Source: Callorhinchus milii
Lineage: Eukaryota
Length of the DNA stretch: 64,000 nt
Assembly (NCBI RefSeq): GCF_018977255.1
Contig: NW_024704757.1
Coordinates: forward strand, 6,448,001-6,512,000
Reading direction: 5' to 3'
This document shows positions 11,801 to 24,800 of the stretch, piece after piece; position 1 is the stretch's first letter; the number at the start of each line of letters is the position of its first letter. The notes under the pieces were generated by a model. The model worked only from the letters and a program-made list of their open reading frames with translations. It had not been told where the DNA came from and searched no databases. The translations under genes and the position numbers were made by a program.

Positions 11801-14049
11801 AGAACATAAAAGGGCAGGTGAAATCCAGCAGTGGATACAATTCTGCACCATTAGTTCTCAAGATCAAGTGAATTGCACGCAAATTGGAGACATAAATTTC
11901 AAGTTAACTTTATGGCTGTCCGTAAAGGCGGGGCTCTATTGTAGGCAATAAGCTCGTTAACCTATGAACAAACTTTGAAAAAAAATCAGACATTTAAAAA
12001 AATTATTGGCTGAAAAGGGATGTGAAAAGTTAATTGACTCCCATATGCCTTTCAAGTGGTTTCACTATCCAAGTGTTTTCATGAATCTAGATATCACATT
12101 CACCGGCTGAAATCCCTAGAAATGGTGGGATCAGCTGCAATATCTACCACTTTACCCTTACCTGGACTATGTGCTGTAAATTGATGCACAAAGATTGCAG
12201 TTAATTTGATATCAATGGAGAAACATTTGTTTGCAACATTTTAAGCACAGCAATCATTCTCGCTGTAAAAAGGTGTCCATGAAAGGAGAAGAAATCTTTA
12301 GTTATCCATCTGATCAAATAGGTTCTACTTCTGAAACAGATCCTTTCAGTATATGATATAAATGGATCTCTTAATACTGAATTCCAAGAACTAGGGCTTC
12401 ATTGTCCAATTGTTCACAATATCCTGGCTAAAAGTACCAACAGTAATGGGTTTTGGGTCAATCATCACCTCATTTAAGTAACTTGCAATTCACTATGATA
12501 TAATAATGCTAACTTCAATTCAAATTTCTCATGGGTTTTATTGAATCATGCAAGTTTACAGTACAGAAAATGGCCATTCTGCCCATTATGTCTATGCGGG
12601 TGTCAGCACCCCACCGGGACCTATATTCTACATCTGTATAGCGCCTTTCACGTCGGGAGAATGTCCCAAGGCGCTGGACAGAGTTAGATATTCTTTAGCC
12701 TATTATTACCCTGTTCTCATCTCATACCTTTATTTTTCCACAACTATTTATCTAATTACATTTAAATGCTATTATGGAACTGGTTTCAATAACCATGTGT
12801 GTTAAACGTGTGTATAAAAATAATTCTACCCTCATGGGTTTCTTCTGGTGATAACCCTCAACATATGCAGTCTTGTAATTGAGTCCCGATCAACAACTCT
12901 CAGGTCAGTCGCTCTTGAAATTTCTGACCAGTTCAGCTAATTCTGGGGAAGACCAGTATAACTTATGAATACACAATTGTTAGTGTGTGAAGCAGAAATT
13001 CGTAATAAATTCTTAGTTCCCTGCATTTATGATGAAATTATGCAAATCCATTGGTAATTAGGCTTAGAAATTCCATTTACAGTGAATAATCCTTTTCTTT
13101 AAAAAGGGGGCAATTTTATTTTCATACAGCTCTATGCATAGGATATTAAATCGTTTTCGCTTCTGAAGCAGGCAAGAAAGGCTGCATTTATCACAGATTA
13201 CTCAGGCTTGAGGAGGCAATTAAATTTAATTTAATTAGCAGTTCAGATTTTAATATAATGGCACCGGTCCAAATAACAGGGCAACCAGGAAAACCTGGGC
13301 ACGCCCGAGATTGTGATGGCAAATTTACCTTCACTGCTGGGTTGCGAGGTAAAGTAGCACACACATACCAAAACAAGGCCTGAATCTACAATCTTCTGTC
13401 ACCAAGTTAGGGATGTTACCAACTGAGCCAGCATGATGATGATGATGAATGACAATACTTAAATTTGTAAGAAATAAGTTACAACAGACTCAATGAATAG
13501 TTAAACTCAAATTTCCATGGTTACATCATGAGTTATACCACTGCACAGTGGAGCTAATCAAAAACTGAGCTAATTTCCATATTTTTACTCACTTTTTTAA
13601 AAACCAGAAATGCTATCTGGTAGTTTTTCTACATTTGCAAAAAATCTCTTTATTCCATATACAGTCCTTTGAGAATATTGCATTTTGATAACAAAAGTGA
13701 TGCATTCCATCCCTCAAAAATGATCCTTTTCTAACAAACCATTGGAACGGGTTGTTGATTAGCAACTTGGTAATTAACACCATTTTAAGAATGCATGAAA
13801 GATGCCTCTATTCATAACAATGCATTCACTGCATTTTATATCAGGTTTTGCTCAGTGTACAAAATTCTAATACAGTCCTCAAAGAGGCATTTCATCCCTC
13901 GTATGTTCTAGACTACATTAAACTTATTGGTAATACAGTCGTCTGCCCATTACACGATCTTCTTTCCACAAACTTTGCAGAATTTGCATCTTTATTCACT
14001 CACCCTAATTCAATCTTATAAGGAATTCAAATAAATAACCAAGATTTCC

Positions 14050-14810
14050 ACTCTCTACTGTTAGGCTCTGGCAGCATCAACCTCCATGGTTGCACACTAC
14101 AACTCACCAAGCCAGTCAGGAACCGAGGTGTCTTGTTCGACCCTCAACTGTCTTTTCTTCCACACATCCAAGCCATTACCCGCTCTGCCTTCCCTCACCT
14201 CCGTAACATCGCCCAACTCCGCCACTACCTCACCCCTCAGGTCGCTGAAACTCTTGTTCATGCCTTCAGCACCTCCATGGTCAACTATTCAAACGCCCTG
14301 CTTGTCGGCCTTCGAAATTCCTCCCTCCATCGGCTGCAGATAATCCAGAACTATGCAGCCCGTGTCCTCTCCCGCACCAAAATCCGTGACCCCATCTCCC
14401 CCATTCTCGCCCGACTCCACTGGCTCCCTATCCTTCAGAGGATCCAGTTCAAGATCTTGGTCCTCACATACAAAGCCCTCTATGGTCTCGCCCCATCCTA
14501 CCTCTGCGAACTCCTAAACCCCTACCAACCCGCCTGCTCCCTCCGCTCAGCCAGCTCCGGCCTGATCCATGTCCCCCGACCCACCCACCCCACTATTGGC
14601 GCGAGAACCTTCAGCCACTCTGCCCCCAACCTCTGGAATTCCATCCCCAAATCACTCTGCCTCACCCCCTCCTTAGCCTGCTTCAAATCCCGCCTCAAAA
14701 CCCTCCTCTTCGACCATGCCCCATCGGTCACCTCCCTTCCCCTCCGACCCCAGCTCGGGTCTGAAATGCTGTACACTGTCCAGTACCTTGGTGGTGGTGG
14801 TGTTGTTGTT
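14050..14810 (+). mobile_element. L2-clade LINE 3' fragment
   Basis: FDPQLSFLPHIQAITRSAFPHLRNIAQLR...LHWLPILQRIQFK...FKSRLKTLLF; same family as 5955-6500. Confidence 0.92.
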
Positions 14811-17800
14811 AAGCAACAAATCCCACTGTAAAACACGTGACTTTTAGGTTTGGGTTTGACAACTCTCATGGTCAAGACACATGTGAATAATGGTCACTAG
14901 TGGCAAGTACTAGTGGTGATTGGTGCTCAAGGAACAGTATCAAAGTAAATGGAAAAGGAATCAAATACGTTCTAGAAAAGATTAGGGGAGACAAAGTTGG
15001 TAAGAAGGTAAAGCAGCATATTGGTACTATATATCTCAGTCTACTAGGGTGCAGCTTTGTGACTAACATACTTGCTGGGTTAACAATCGCAGCTGCGCAA
15101 GACATGTAAATACGAATCAAAATGTTTCTCTACGGGGAATAAAAAGCAAATGAGAAACTAAAAATCAGCATTCTTCCAAATACTTGGTAAACAAACGGAG
15201 TGCCAATGAGATATGGAGGATAGCAAGTTTAATCCCTAATCCATGCTATAACAAGATCATCTAGAAAGAAGGCACAGAGGGCAAATAAAAATCCCACTCT
15301 TAGTTACTATCCAGCGATCCTTGAAGCCCAACTGTTTGGAAATCCAGTAAGAACACTGAATGCCACCCCACAGTCAAATAGCCCAATTGTTCAGACTCAT
15401 TATGTGAAAATGGCCTCTTAGGTAAGGTATCAAAGAGCTACTCCCCAGCATGAGGAGGAAACCATCAATCAAAAACTCACGAGAGCTTAATTACCAAGAA
15501 CAGCTCCTGTGTACCTCCAGAGTAATGCTGAAAGTAAGTCACCTGCCTGTTCTTAGAGTAGCTGAATGGTGTACAACACAATGGAGAAAACGTGAAAAAA
15601 ATCTGATATTTAACAGATCGTCCTCCTTGCGGCTTAGGTAAAGGCACTAACTCTTTCGGGAGAGCCATGAATATCTAAAATATATCATCCATTAGGCTCA
15701 CGTAAAAGCTATAATCCCAGCATAATACTGTTGGATATCTATAGCATATTGCTCATTAGATTCAGGTCTAGGCAAAATCTCATTGGGATATTGTTGGTCA
15801 TTTATTACACATCATCCATCAGTCTTTGCAATAGGTTACAATCTCATTGCGATTTTACTATTTATCCATTACATATCATCCATCAGACTCAAGGCTGAAT
15901 TCCTGAGGGATAATATAACGGTTGAAGTATGCTGCTGGTATGTCCATCTTTATTCCTACTCGAGAGAAAACAAGATTTTATAATTAAAAAATCTGCCTAA
16001 AAGAAACTCGTGCTAGTCTGTTTAAGGGTGGAATCTAAATTTAAGGTTCAATACGTTTTTTATAAATAATAATCCTTGCATTTGATATAGCGCTTTTCAC
16101 ATCTTCTAGACGACTCAAAGTGCTTCACAGAATATACTGTAAAGTGAATTGATTGTATATTTGTGGGTGAAATGCCATGAAATATAAATCGAAAGCAATC
16201 CAGTGGCAACATGCAAGAGTTTTGTTCTTCTGTAGGAACTGCTGTAAATGTAAAGACAATTAATTGTGGTAGTTATTCTGACAAAAAAAAATTACCAACT
16301 ATGAATGTTGCAAAATATATTTGGCTGTCTGGGGCCAATAGATATCCCACAACCGAAACTTTTACTCTACAATTTACATGCCTGTCAATTACACTATATC
16401 TACTCTTCATTATTGTAAGTCAATAAAGAGGGATGAAAATACAACCCATTACGTAGAATCCAAGAGCAAAGCTTCGTGATTACACCGGGTGGCAGGAAAC
16501 TGAGCTCTGTGTCAAGATGACAACACTGCCACCTGCTGTATCATATTCAGCAGTACAGAAACTTTAGCTAAATTTCTTATGAAATTCAGATCCGACTTCG
16601 TACAGCCAAGTGCTGGTAAACTACAAAACCATTAAGGTGGTGGGGAGCAGCTAAGCCTGATCTTATTCTTAGGTTTAGGGTCAGATCAGACAGCTCAGCA
16701 GACCCAGAATTAAACCTATACTACTCTGGTGTTTGTCGTTACTGCTGCTACACAGATGGTGCCTTTACCTAACAGGCCCTTTACTGTTCTGTTCTAGTTT
16801 AGGGCACAATAGATCAGGCAAGGACAAGACACAACATAGTTCCGTCCTACAGTAAGCTTCCCAATCACAAATCATTTTACAGCTGTAATAATTTAGTAAA
16901 CACAACATGTAACCTGAACTAAGATTTCAGCACAAAATCTGCTGAGGGAATTCTGATTTTTGACCAAGTTATGTTTTACAGGAATTGACTACACTTCCTT
17001 CTAATGCCTGGATGGGAATTCAGTCATTAGGTTTACAAGGTATGGCTCAACAATTCATTTATCTTACTCCACACGCCTGTTTACTAGCAGTAAGTAGGAA
17101 TCCGGTTCTTAGTTGATTGGTGGATTGCTTTCCAGGGGTAATAATCCCTCCCAAAAAATAATAATTTTGGATTTTTAATGCATTGTAAATACTTTTTCTC
17201 ACTTGTGAGGCGAGCAAATCAACCACTACACAATACAGATACAAGCAATCATTCATTTAACCAACTGGCAAGGATGAAGGCAAATGTTTTTATAGGAAAA
17301 ATACAGAGTGATCAAGAGTGTTCATCACTCGGCAACTAGTTAGAAATAACAAGCATTTCTATGCCTGTTTATAATAGGAAACACTATTATAATCCAGTAA
17401 CAAAAACGATTTCAAATGAACGTCCTGCCTCCAAACCCTAATATTTTCACTTCACTTTTTCCCACAAAAAAAATTTGAGGGCCTGAATCACTTATTCCTA
17501 TTCCTATGTTCCTATATAAATAAGGGAGTGCTGCCAAGTTTTCTAAGAACTGAAACTCTTTGAACTGGAAGTTTATATGATGCAGTGAGGAAAGGCTCCA
17601 GCAGTTCAAGTTTATAATTTCCACATACCAAGTGAAGAGTAAGTCAAAAGATGTCCTCCAGTGAGAAAGTACTTCAAAATCCTATCTGTGCCCCTGCATG
17701 GATAATATGTTGGTTCATAATATTCACACGCAGACTTTTCACATATCAGCCTTTAACTATATCCATCAAACAGAAACTGGTTCTCTTTCCTCCAGGTGTT

Positions 17801-18878
17801 CTGAATCTCAAGTCTACTCCAATGAATTAACGAGCCTCTTTTGACAGTTTCACCCCCCACCCGGATACATCTTAAGTTCAGACTAGCCCACTGAGTTGGA
17901 GAATTTCTCTGGCTGAATATAAAATTATTCACAAAAACGTATTTTACAAAGCATTAAAAATGCTGATCCAAAATTAACCACATGCACTCATAAAACATCC
18001 AGGTGGCTATAATCTAGAATAAACAATAATAATAATCCTTGCATTTGATATAGCGCATTTCACGTCTTTGAGACGTCTCAAAGCGCTTCACAGAATATAC
18101 TGTAAAGTGAATTGACTATATATTTGTGGGCGAAACATGGCAGCCAATTGCGCACAGCAGCGTCCCACAAACAGCCGTAGATTGAGTGACCAAATCTTTT
18201 TTGAGGAATTAATATCTCATCAGCAGCGTATCCAGGATGTTGCATAATAGATGTCCCTTCTGCTTCTCCTTCTCTTACTGCCTCTGCATGCCTTCCTGAC
18301 ATGTCTGCCAAACGCACTAACTATGCGAGTTATCTGGCTCTAAAAGCAGAATCAGAGCTTTTATTTTTCCATTTGGGAGAATGTTAATACAAATCTGTGC
18401 GTAGTTTATGATAACCGTTAAACAAAAAAATTATAATACACAGGGAATTGGTACTCCAAATTCTACTTATGTTAGAGCCTTGCAGCTTTAATGCTCAGGA
18501 GATATACCATCTTCTAAAACTGGATAGAACAAGTAGTCGCAAATGATTGTGCCGTCAAGTCTAATGTCAGAATTGATCCTTCTTGTTGCTAAGATAATGT
18601 CATAAAGTTACTTCTGTTTGATTGTTATAGCAGAGATGCAGAAAACTAGTGCAAGTCAGAATTTCTTTAAAATTTAAGTTGACTAGACATTACAGTTGTT
18701 AATCTCAGCTACTGACACATATGCACGACAGATGGAATAGAGCATTATACTGTGTAGTCCTTACAACCTCACTTAACCCTAGAGGGATGTATGGCAGTAA
18801 ACATCCATGAGGAAAGGATGAGAGAAAAATATGTAAAATGTTACTCTGTATCTCTTTTAAAATATTGCAGAATCTTAC

Positions 18879-21800
18879 CTGATATTCAGTCCTGATGTCT
18901 GTTCCACATTCTCCCAACTTCTTAATTTTGCCAGTAATTTCTAAAATAAAAAGTTATGCAACTTGAAAATCTTCTCCAGAGCAGAAAGAGGGCAATTAAG
19001 AAACAATTAAACAGATTCCAATCTTTTCAGAGCATAAACTCAGGAGGAAAGTGCAACAGAAGAGAAACTAATGTCCATAAATGACTCAGCCTTGTGCCTC
19101 AGATTACAATTATCTGAAAGGAAAGCAATCTATTTAGTGCTTCCCGATTCAGTTATTACGCCAGGAGGCACTGAATTACCCACCAACACATGAACAGGGC
19201 TTTTCATCTCAGTAGAAAAGATCAGAAGATTCAACAACAGTTTGGTATTAATATGTGAGACAGATTAGACTGATAACTTCCCAGAATCAATACACGTGCA
19301 CCATTAGCTCTTAATAGTGGCGGGGAGGGCGAAACAAAAGTAGAATGCAAGCTTGAATCACCACTTTTCTTAGCCCTTGCTTTCTTTTCGAAATACAGAT
19401 TTTCCTTACCCCTGAAGGACCAGCAAAGACCATCATGATGGGAAAACTAATTTGAGTGATCTCCACCTACAATGCCTTTCTCATTGTGCAATGTAAACAA
19501 AAAAATCTTAAGGGAGAATAAACGTTTAAAATGTAAGTGATTCACAAAAACCTCATTCTTGAGCTCCAGAGTAACTTTTTCTTCCTTTAACTTCTCAAGA
19601 CGTTCAATCTTCTTCCGAAGGCTCTCGGTTTCTTCCTTCAGCAGCAAATTATTCTCCTCCATCTCCCTGTTAATAATAACATATAATAATCCTTGTATTT
19701 GTTATAGCGCCTTATCACGTAATTGAGTCATCTCAAAGCACTTCACAGAATATACCGTAAAGTGGATTGACTGTGTATTTTGTGGGAGAAACATGGCAGC
19801 CAATTGCACACAGCAGCGTCCCACAAACAGTTGTGGATTTAGTGACCACGTTTTCTCTGTTTTTAAGTGATTATTATCCCTGGAAAGCAATTCGCCAACC
19901 TCATTCCGACTTACTGCTAGGTAAACAGACACTTGTGCTTGAAGCATTAAGACATCATCTCATCCTTCATTCCTCCTACAGAGCAGTTTCACTCTAAAAG
20001 GCTACTCAAATGTCCAGAATCCTCACCTGTAATAGGTATTCTCCTCCTTCAGCTGTCGGAGCTCTTTCTCAAACTCGGGGATTCGCGACAGATCTGATCG
20101 CATATTATTCACAATTATTGAGTCCTGCTCCTGCTGAGATATTTTACTCTCTAGTTCCTGAAGATTCATGAAAAAAAAAACAGAAATTTATAACTGAATA
20201 CAGCAGTATTTAGCACTTGGCCTCTATTTTAAGGATTGGCTGTATTACCAAAACCCTCGTTCACCTGAGTTTCAGGTTCAAAACTTAAAATGGATGAGAA
20301 TAGATGCTTCTCAATTCGAAATGGAGGAGCAAGACGTAAAGTAGAGAAAGGCAATTAAAAGGTTAAAGGGTGGTATTGGTTTGTGCTTAGGCTAAGAAAT
20401 GAATGCTCACTTCAAACAAACAATGCAAAAAAAATGCATTTTATTGTTCCTTTAACCTTGGTTCTCCAGAAGCAAGTTTATAGTTCCAAAAAAGACCAGT
20501 AATACCCCATCGTCTCACCAAAGAAACCATGATGTTGAATCTCAGCATGCCCATACAGGCTATTTTGCCCATACTGCAGACATGGGGTAAATTTCCGCAT
20601 GTATGCCGATGACACCCAACTTTACCTCTCTGCCTCCACCCTCAACTCCAGGATTACTGGCGTCCTGACCGACTGCCTGTCCGACATCAAGTCCTGGACG
20701 AGGGATCACTTTCTCCACCTCAACGTCAGCAAGACCTCCTGACTGTCTCACGCCAGAGCCTCCACACCTTGCACCTCCACGGCTGCACACTCAACCTAAC
20801 AAAGCCAGTCAAGAAACCTGGGTGTCTTGTTTAACCCTGAACTGAGCTTTCTCCTCCACATCCGCGCTATGACCGGTACTGCCTACCATCATCTTTGCAA
20901 CATTGCCAGACTCCGCCACTGCCTCACCCCTCAGACTGCCGAAACCCTCACCCATGCATTCATCCTATCAAGGCTTGATTACAGAAACTCCCTCATCGAC
21001 CTTTCCAACTCTTCCCTCCACAAGCTGCAGATCATCCAAAACTCTGCACTCGTGTACTCTTGCGCACCAGGCTCCATGACCCCATCATTCCCACCCTCGC
21101 CCATCTCCACTGGCTCCCCATCCCTCAGAGGAAGGAATTCAAGATCCTCACCCTCGCTTTCAAGGCCATCCATGGCTTTTCCCCCTCCTACCTCTCTGAC
21201 CTGCTGACTCCCTCCCAACCAGCCCGCTCCCTCCGTTCAGCAGGCTCCGGTCTGCTCCATGTCTCCCGCCCGACCTGTCCTACCATTGGTGGCCAGGCTT
21301 TCAGTCTCCCTGCCCCCACATTCTGGACCTCCATCCCACAGTCCCTTCGCCTCGCTTCCTCCCTTGCCTCCTTCAAGGCCGGTCTCAAGAACCTTCTCTT
21401 CAATCATGCCTTCGGTCGCCCTCCCACCTCTCTGCCTTCCCTAACCCCTATGCCACCCCTCCCCCATGCTCAGGTCCCGACCCCTGACTGTCCAGCACTT
21501 TGGGACATCCTCCCAACATGAAATGCGCTCTATAAATATAATTTTGTTGTTGTTGTTTGATTAGTAGATGTGCAACAATTAAGCTCATTCCTGTCATTGC
21601 TCAAAGTCCATCTAGCAATTCTAACAATTCCAATAAAAAAACACTAGATAGCAATCTGATTAAGAACCTATTTTCCTTTTCGCCTAACATGAGGCACTGA
21701 GGCCGATTTCAACATCTTGACACCCAGGTCAGATCAGCTGAATCAGCGCAAGAATGTTTTCCCCCTTAATTCCCAATAAGCATATTTAAATTTTTCACCT

Positions 21801-24800
21801 TTTTTTTGCAATGGCTAATTTCATCTACCAAGATAAATTAGATCTGTCCGTTATCCATCATAGTTAAATGAACACACAGACAGGATGTTTTAGTGAATCG
21901 TTTCAAGCCTCACTAGAGATGAATAATTATAGCAACAAAATGTTATGCTGCAGCTCAGTGTTTCCAAAATCACGGAGTATAATTACCCATTGGCCTCCTT
22001 CATAATTAGGGAATTGAAACCTTTTATACAAAGTACTAAAGGGACATAAACAGCCAGGTCGAAAAAATGTAGCTCATTTATAAACATAGCTCAATTGCCA
22101 GTTCTCCATACCTTCCTGAAATACACACACACACACACACAAATGAGACACCAGACATTGTACATTCTAGTTCTTCCGCTATTTTCATATATACCATACA
22201 TTTAAATACTGAAATGGCTGACCTTTACACATGGTGAGCAGTCATCTATTGATTTAGCCCTTCCCATTTATTTCCCTGGTTAACATCACTCTCGTTCTTC
22301 ATTCAATCAAAAAAGTTAATGTAGAGTGAACATTAGTGGACCAAGATTAATAATTGTCTTCCAAAAGCTGTAGAACTTTCAGGGTGCACATGGTGCATCT
22401 AACAGCCCAATTAAGGCTTTAGTCACAGGAAATAAGGAGAGGATAGAGTATAGGAGAGGGGAGTAAGCAGGCTCATGTGTAAAATGATATGTAATTCTAT
22501 GTAAATAACAGCAATAGCACACTAGGATTCCAACAGAGGAAGAATTGCTTTGATATAAATGAGCCTGGAGTTAAGATAAATTTTGTTGGGGCAGTATTGG
22601 CTATGTTTACTCCTTCTTGTTCTCTTTTGAAACTGGATGCAAATAATATTGTTTATTAGAATTGCTATTCATCAGTCCATCATGCACAAAAACAAATGTG
22701 AAGGAGATTTTTGCTTCCATATCAGTGAGTTTAACCAACTTATTGACAAAGTCAGTCTACCACTCATGTCGATTGTGATAGAATGATAGGGTAGTTTAAA
22801 GCAACTTTTTTTCCTTACCTTGATTCTTTGCTCATTCTCTACACTGACTGCCTGAGCTGTTTCCATGTCATGTGCCTTCTGCACAGCCTCCTGCCACTTT
22901 CTGCATAGGGGAAGAAAAATGACAGTCTTGTTAAAATAAGTATGGCAATGAGGTGGGAAAGTTAACAATCACTTATGCTACAAAAATGAATACACATGGG
23001 AGACATGATCCAAAGGAATCACAGCAGTAATAAACTTGGCAAAGAGTCACAGTTTTTTGTAAAAGTAGAAAGAGACACATTTGGCCCATCCTGCCAGGTA
23101 TAACAGAATGTGAGAAACACGAATTAAGAAAAAATTATACAAAATTTACAAATGTTCTCTCTTTATTGAATAAACTAATCCAACACGCATCTCTTTTATT
23201 TAGCTGTAATAGTATTTTAAAGATCACCTTTAAATTCTGGGACTGGTTTATGCTGAGAAAGTTGAGCTCAGCACGGCATTGGCAAGAGCACTACAATTAG
23301 AAATACTGCCAGCAAGGGCCATTACCACCAACAACAACAACTTGCATTTATATAGCACCCTTCAAACGGGGTAGCGTCCCGGAGCATTACTGTCAGAAAA
23401 AGAGAGCAGTTGGGAAGCAAAAAATAAGATGTTTTTAAATAATAATAATAATAATCCTTGCATTTGATATAGCGCTTTTCACGTCGGGGGGACCAATTTG
23501 TGCATTTTCCTCCCTCATTTCAAAATCTTTCAAATCACATCATGTACTCTTTTGAAAAGAAAAATCAAAGGAGAAGTGACGGAAATGCTGGGATGAAAGC
23601 ATAAGCTTTAGGGGTTTCAAGTCTGATGTGGCAAAAATGTCAAAGAAGAGGGCTTTTTTTTTTTGGACGTACTTGCGCTGTATTTCCACTTGCTCAAGTA
23701 GCTCCTGACGCTCTGTAGTTGAAGTTGTCAACTGCATCTCCTGACTCATTGACTTCCACTGCAGCTCAGAAACGTTGGCCTTTAGGACATCGATTGTCTG
23801 AATTATAAAACACTCCAGTTAAAAAAATATAGGCTTTACATCAATTAACATGAGTGGATACTGAAAGCAAAACCTAAAATAAAACTTCTGAACTTTATGC
23901 AAGACCATATGAACTATTATGCAATTTGTTTAGTATTTCCCTTTGAAATATTTTGTACTTCAAACCGTACTACAATGTTTTTCAATCTCAAATATTTCAA
24001 AAGCATTTGCTCCCGAAGCTCACACGTGAAAGATAGCTATTGTACTTGGATGAGATGCCGGCTCCTGCGGAATTAAAACCCCACTGGAAAGAAATAAAGG
24101 GAATCAAATATTTTCAGAGGAGAAGGGAGTGAGAAGACAACACTTTTTAAAGTCTGGGTCGGACGTTGTAATACTGGGTTGTGACCACCAGCGGTCCTCA
24201 GTGAGACATATAAACAGAAGAGATCCCTCTTGTGGTAGAAAAGAGACATGGAATTTCCTGCAGATCACAGGCCTCAATCAAACTGGTAGAATTTATTCTT
24301 TTGGCAGCTCCCAGTTGGCCCATTTATTGATGCGTGCTAACACCACGGACTTTGGCCACATAAGATCCCTTACATTTAGAAACTGCTATATTAACTGCAA
24401 ATGGAATCACACATTTGTTAACCCAAGCAAACGTGAATATTTCAATTGCTTCCAAAAAGCAAAGCTTACAACGCAGAATACTGTCTTTCCATCACTCATG
24501 CAACAATTAATCCTTCTTTTTAATAATCATCCTGCGACCAGACATCAATCAACACAATCAAAACCACTTTCCAACCACCCATATAAACATATCTGATCAG
24601 TCCAGGGGAATGGTTAGGACTGTAATTAATTATAGCATCCTAGCCCTGGGAAGCTGGGGGGTAAAGAAATCAGCCACAGCTCCTGCTCCAATCACTACTT
24701 GTTGACTTCCCCCATATGAATGCGCAGATGTAGATATCAGTTGAGAACAGGAATATGCTTGGCTAAGCTGTCCTCCATTATTCAGTAAACTGTCAAAACT

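Noticed and set aside
14133-14831. 232-aa ORF as a possible domesticated gene
   Set aside because: It is a 5'-truncated L2 ORF2 tail with a non-ATG start, and several similar decayed copies are present in the window.
24129-24596. 155-aa plus-strand ORF in a MAD1L1 intron
   Set aside because: Non-ATG start, no recognisable domain and no splice context.
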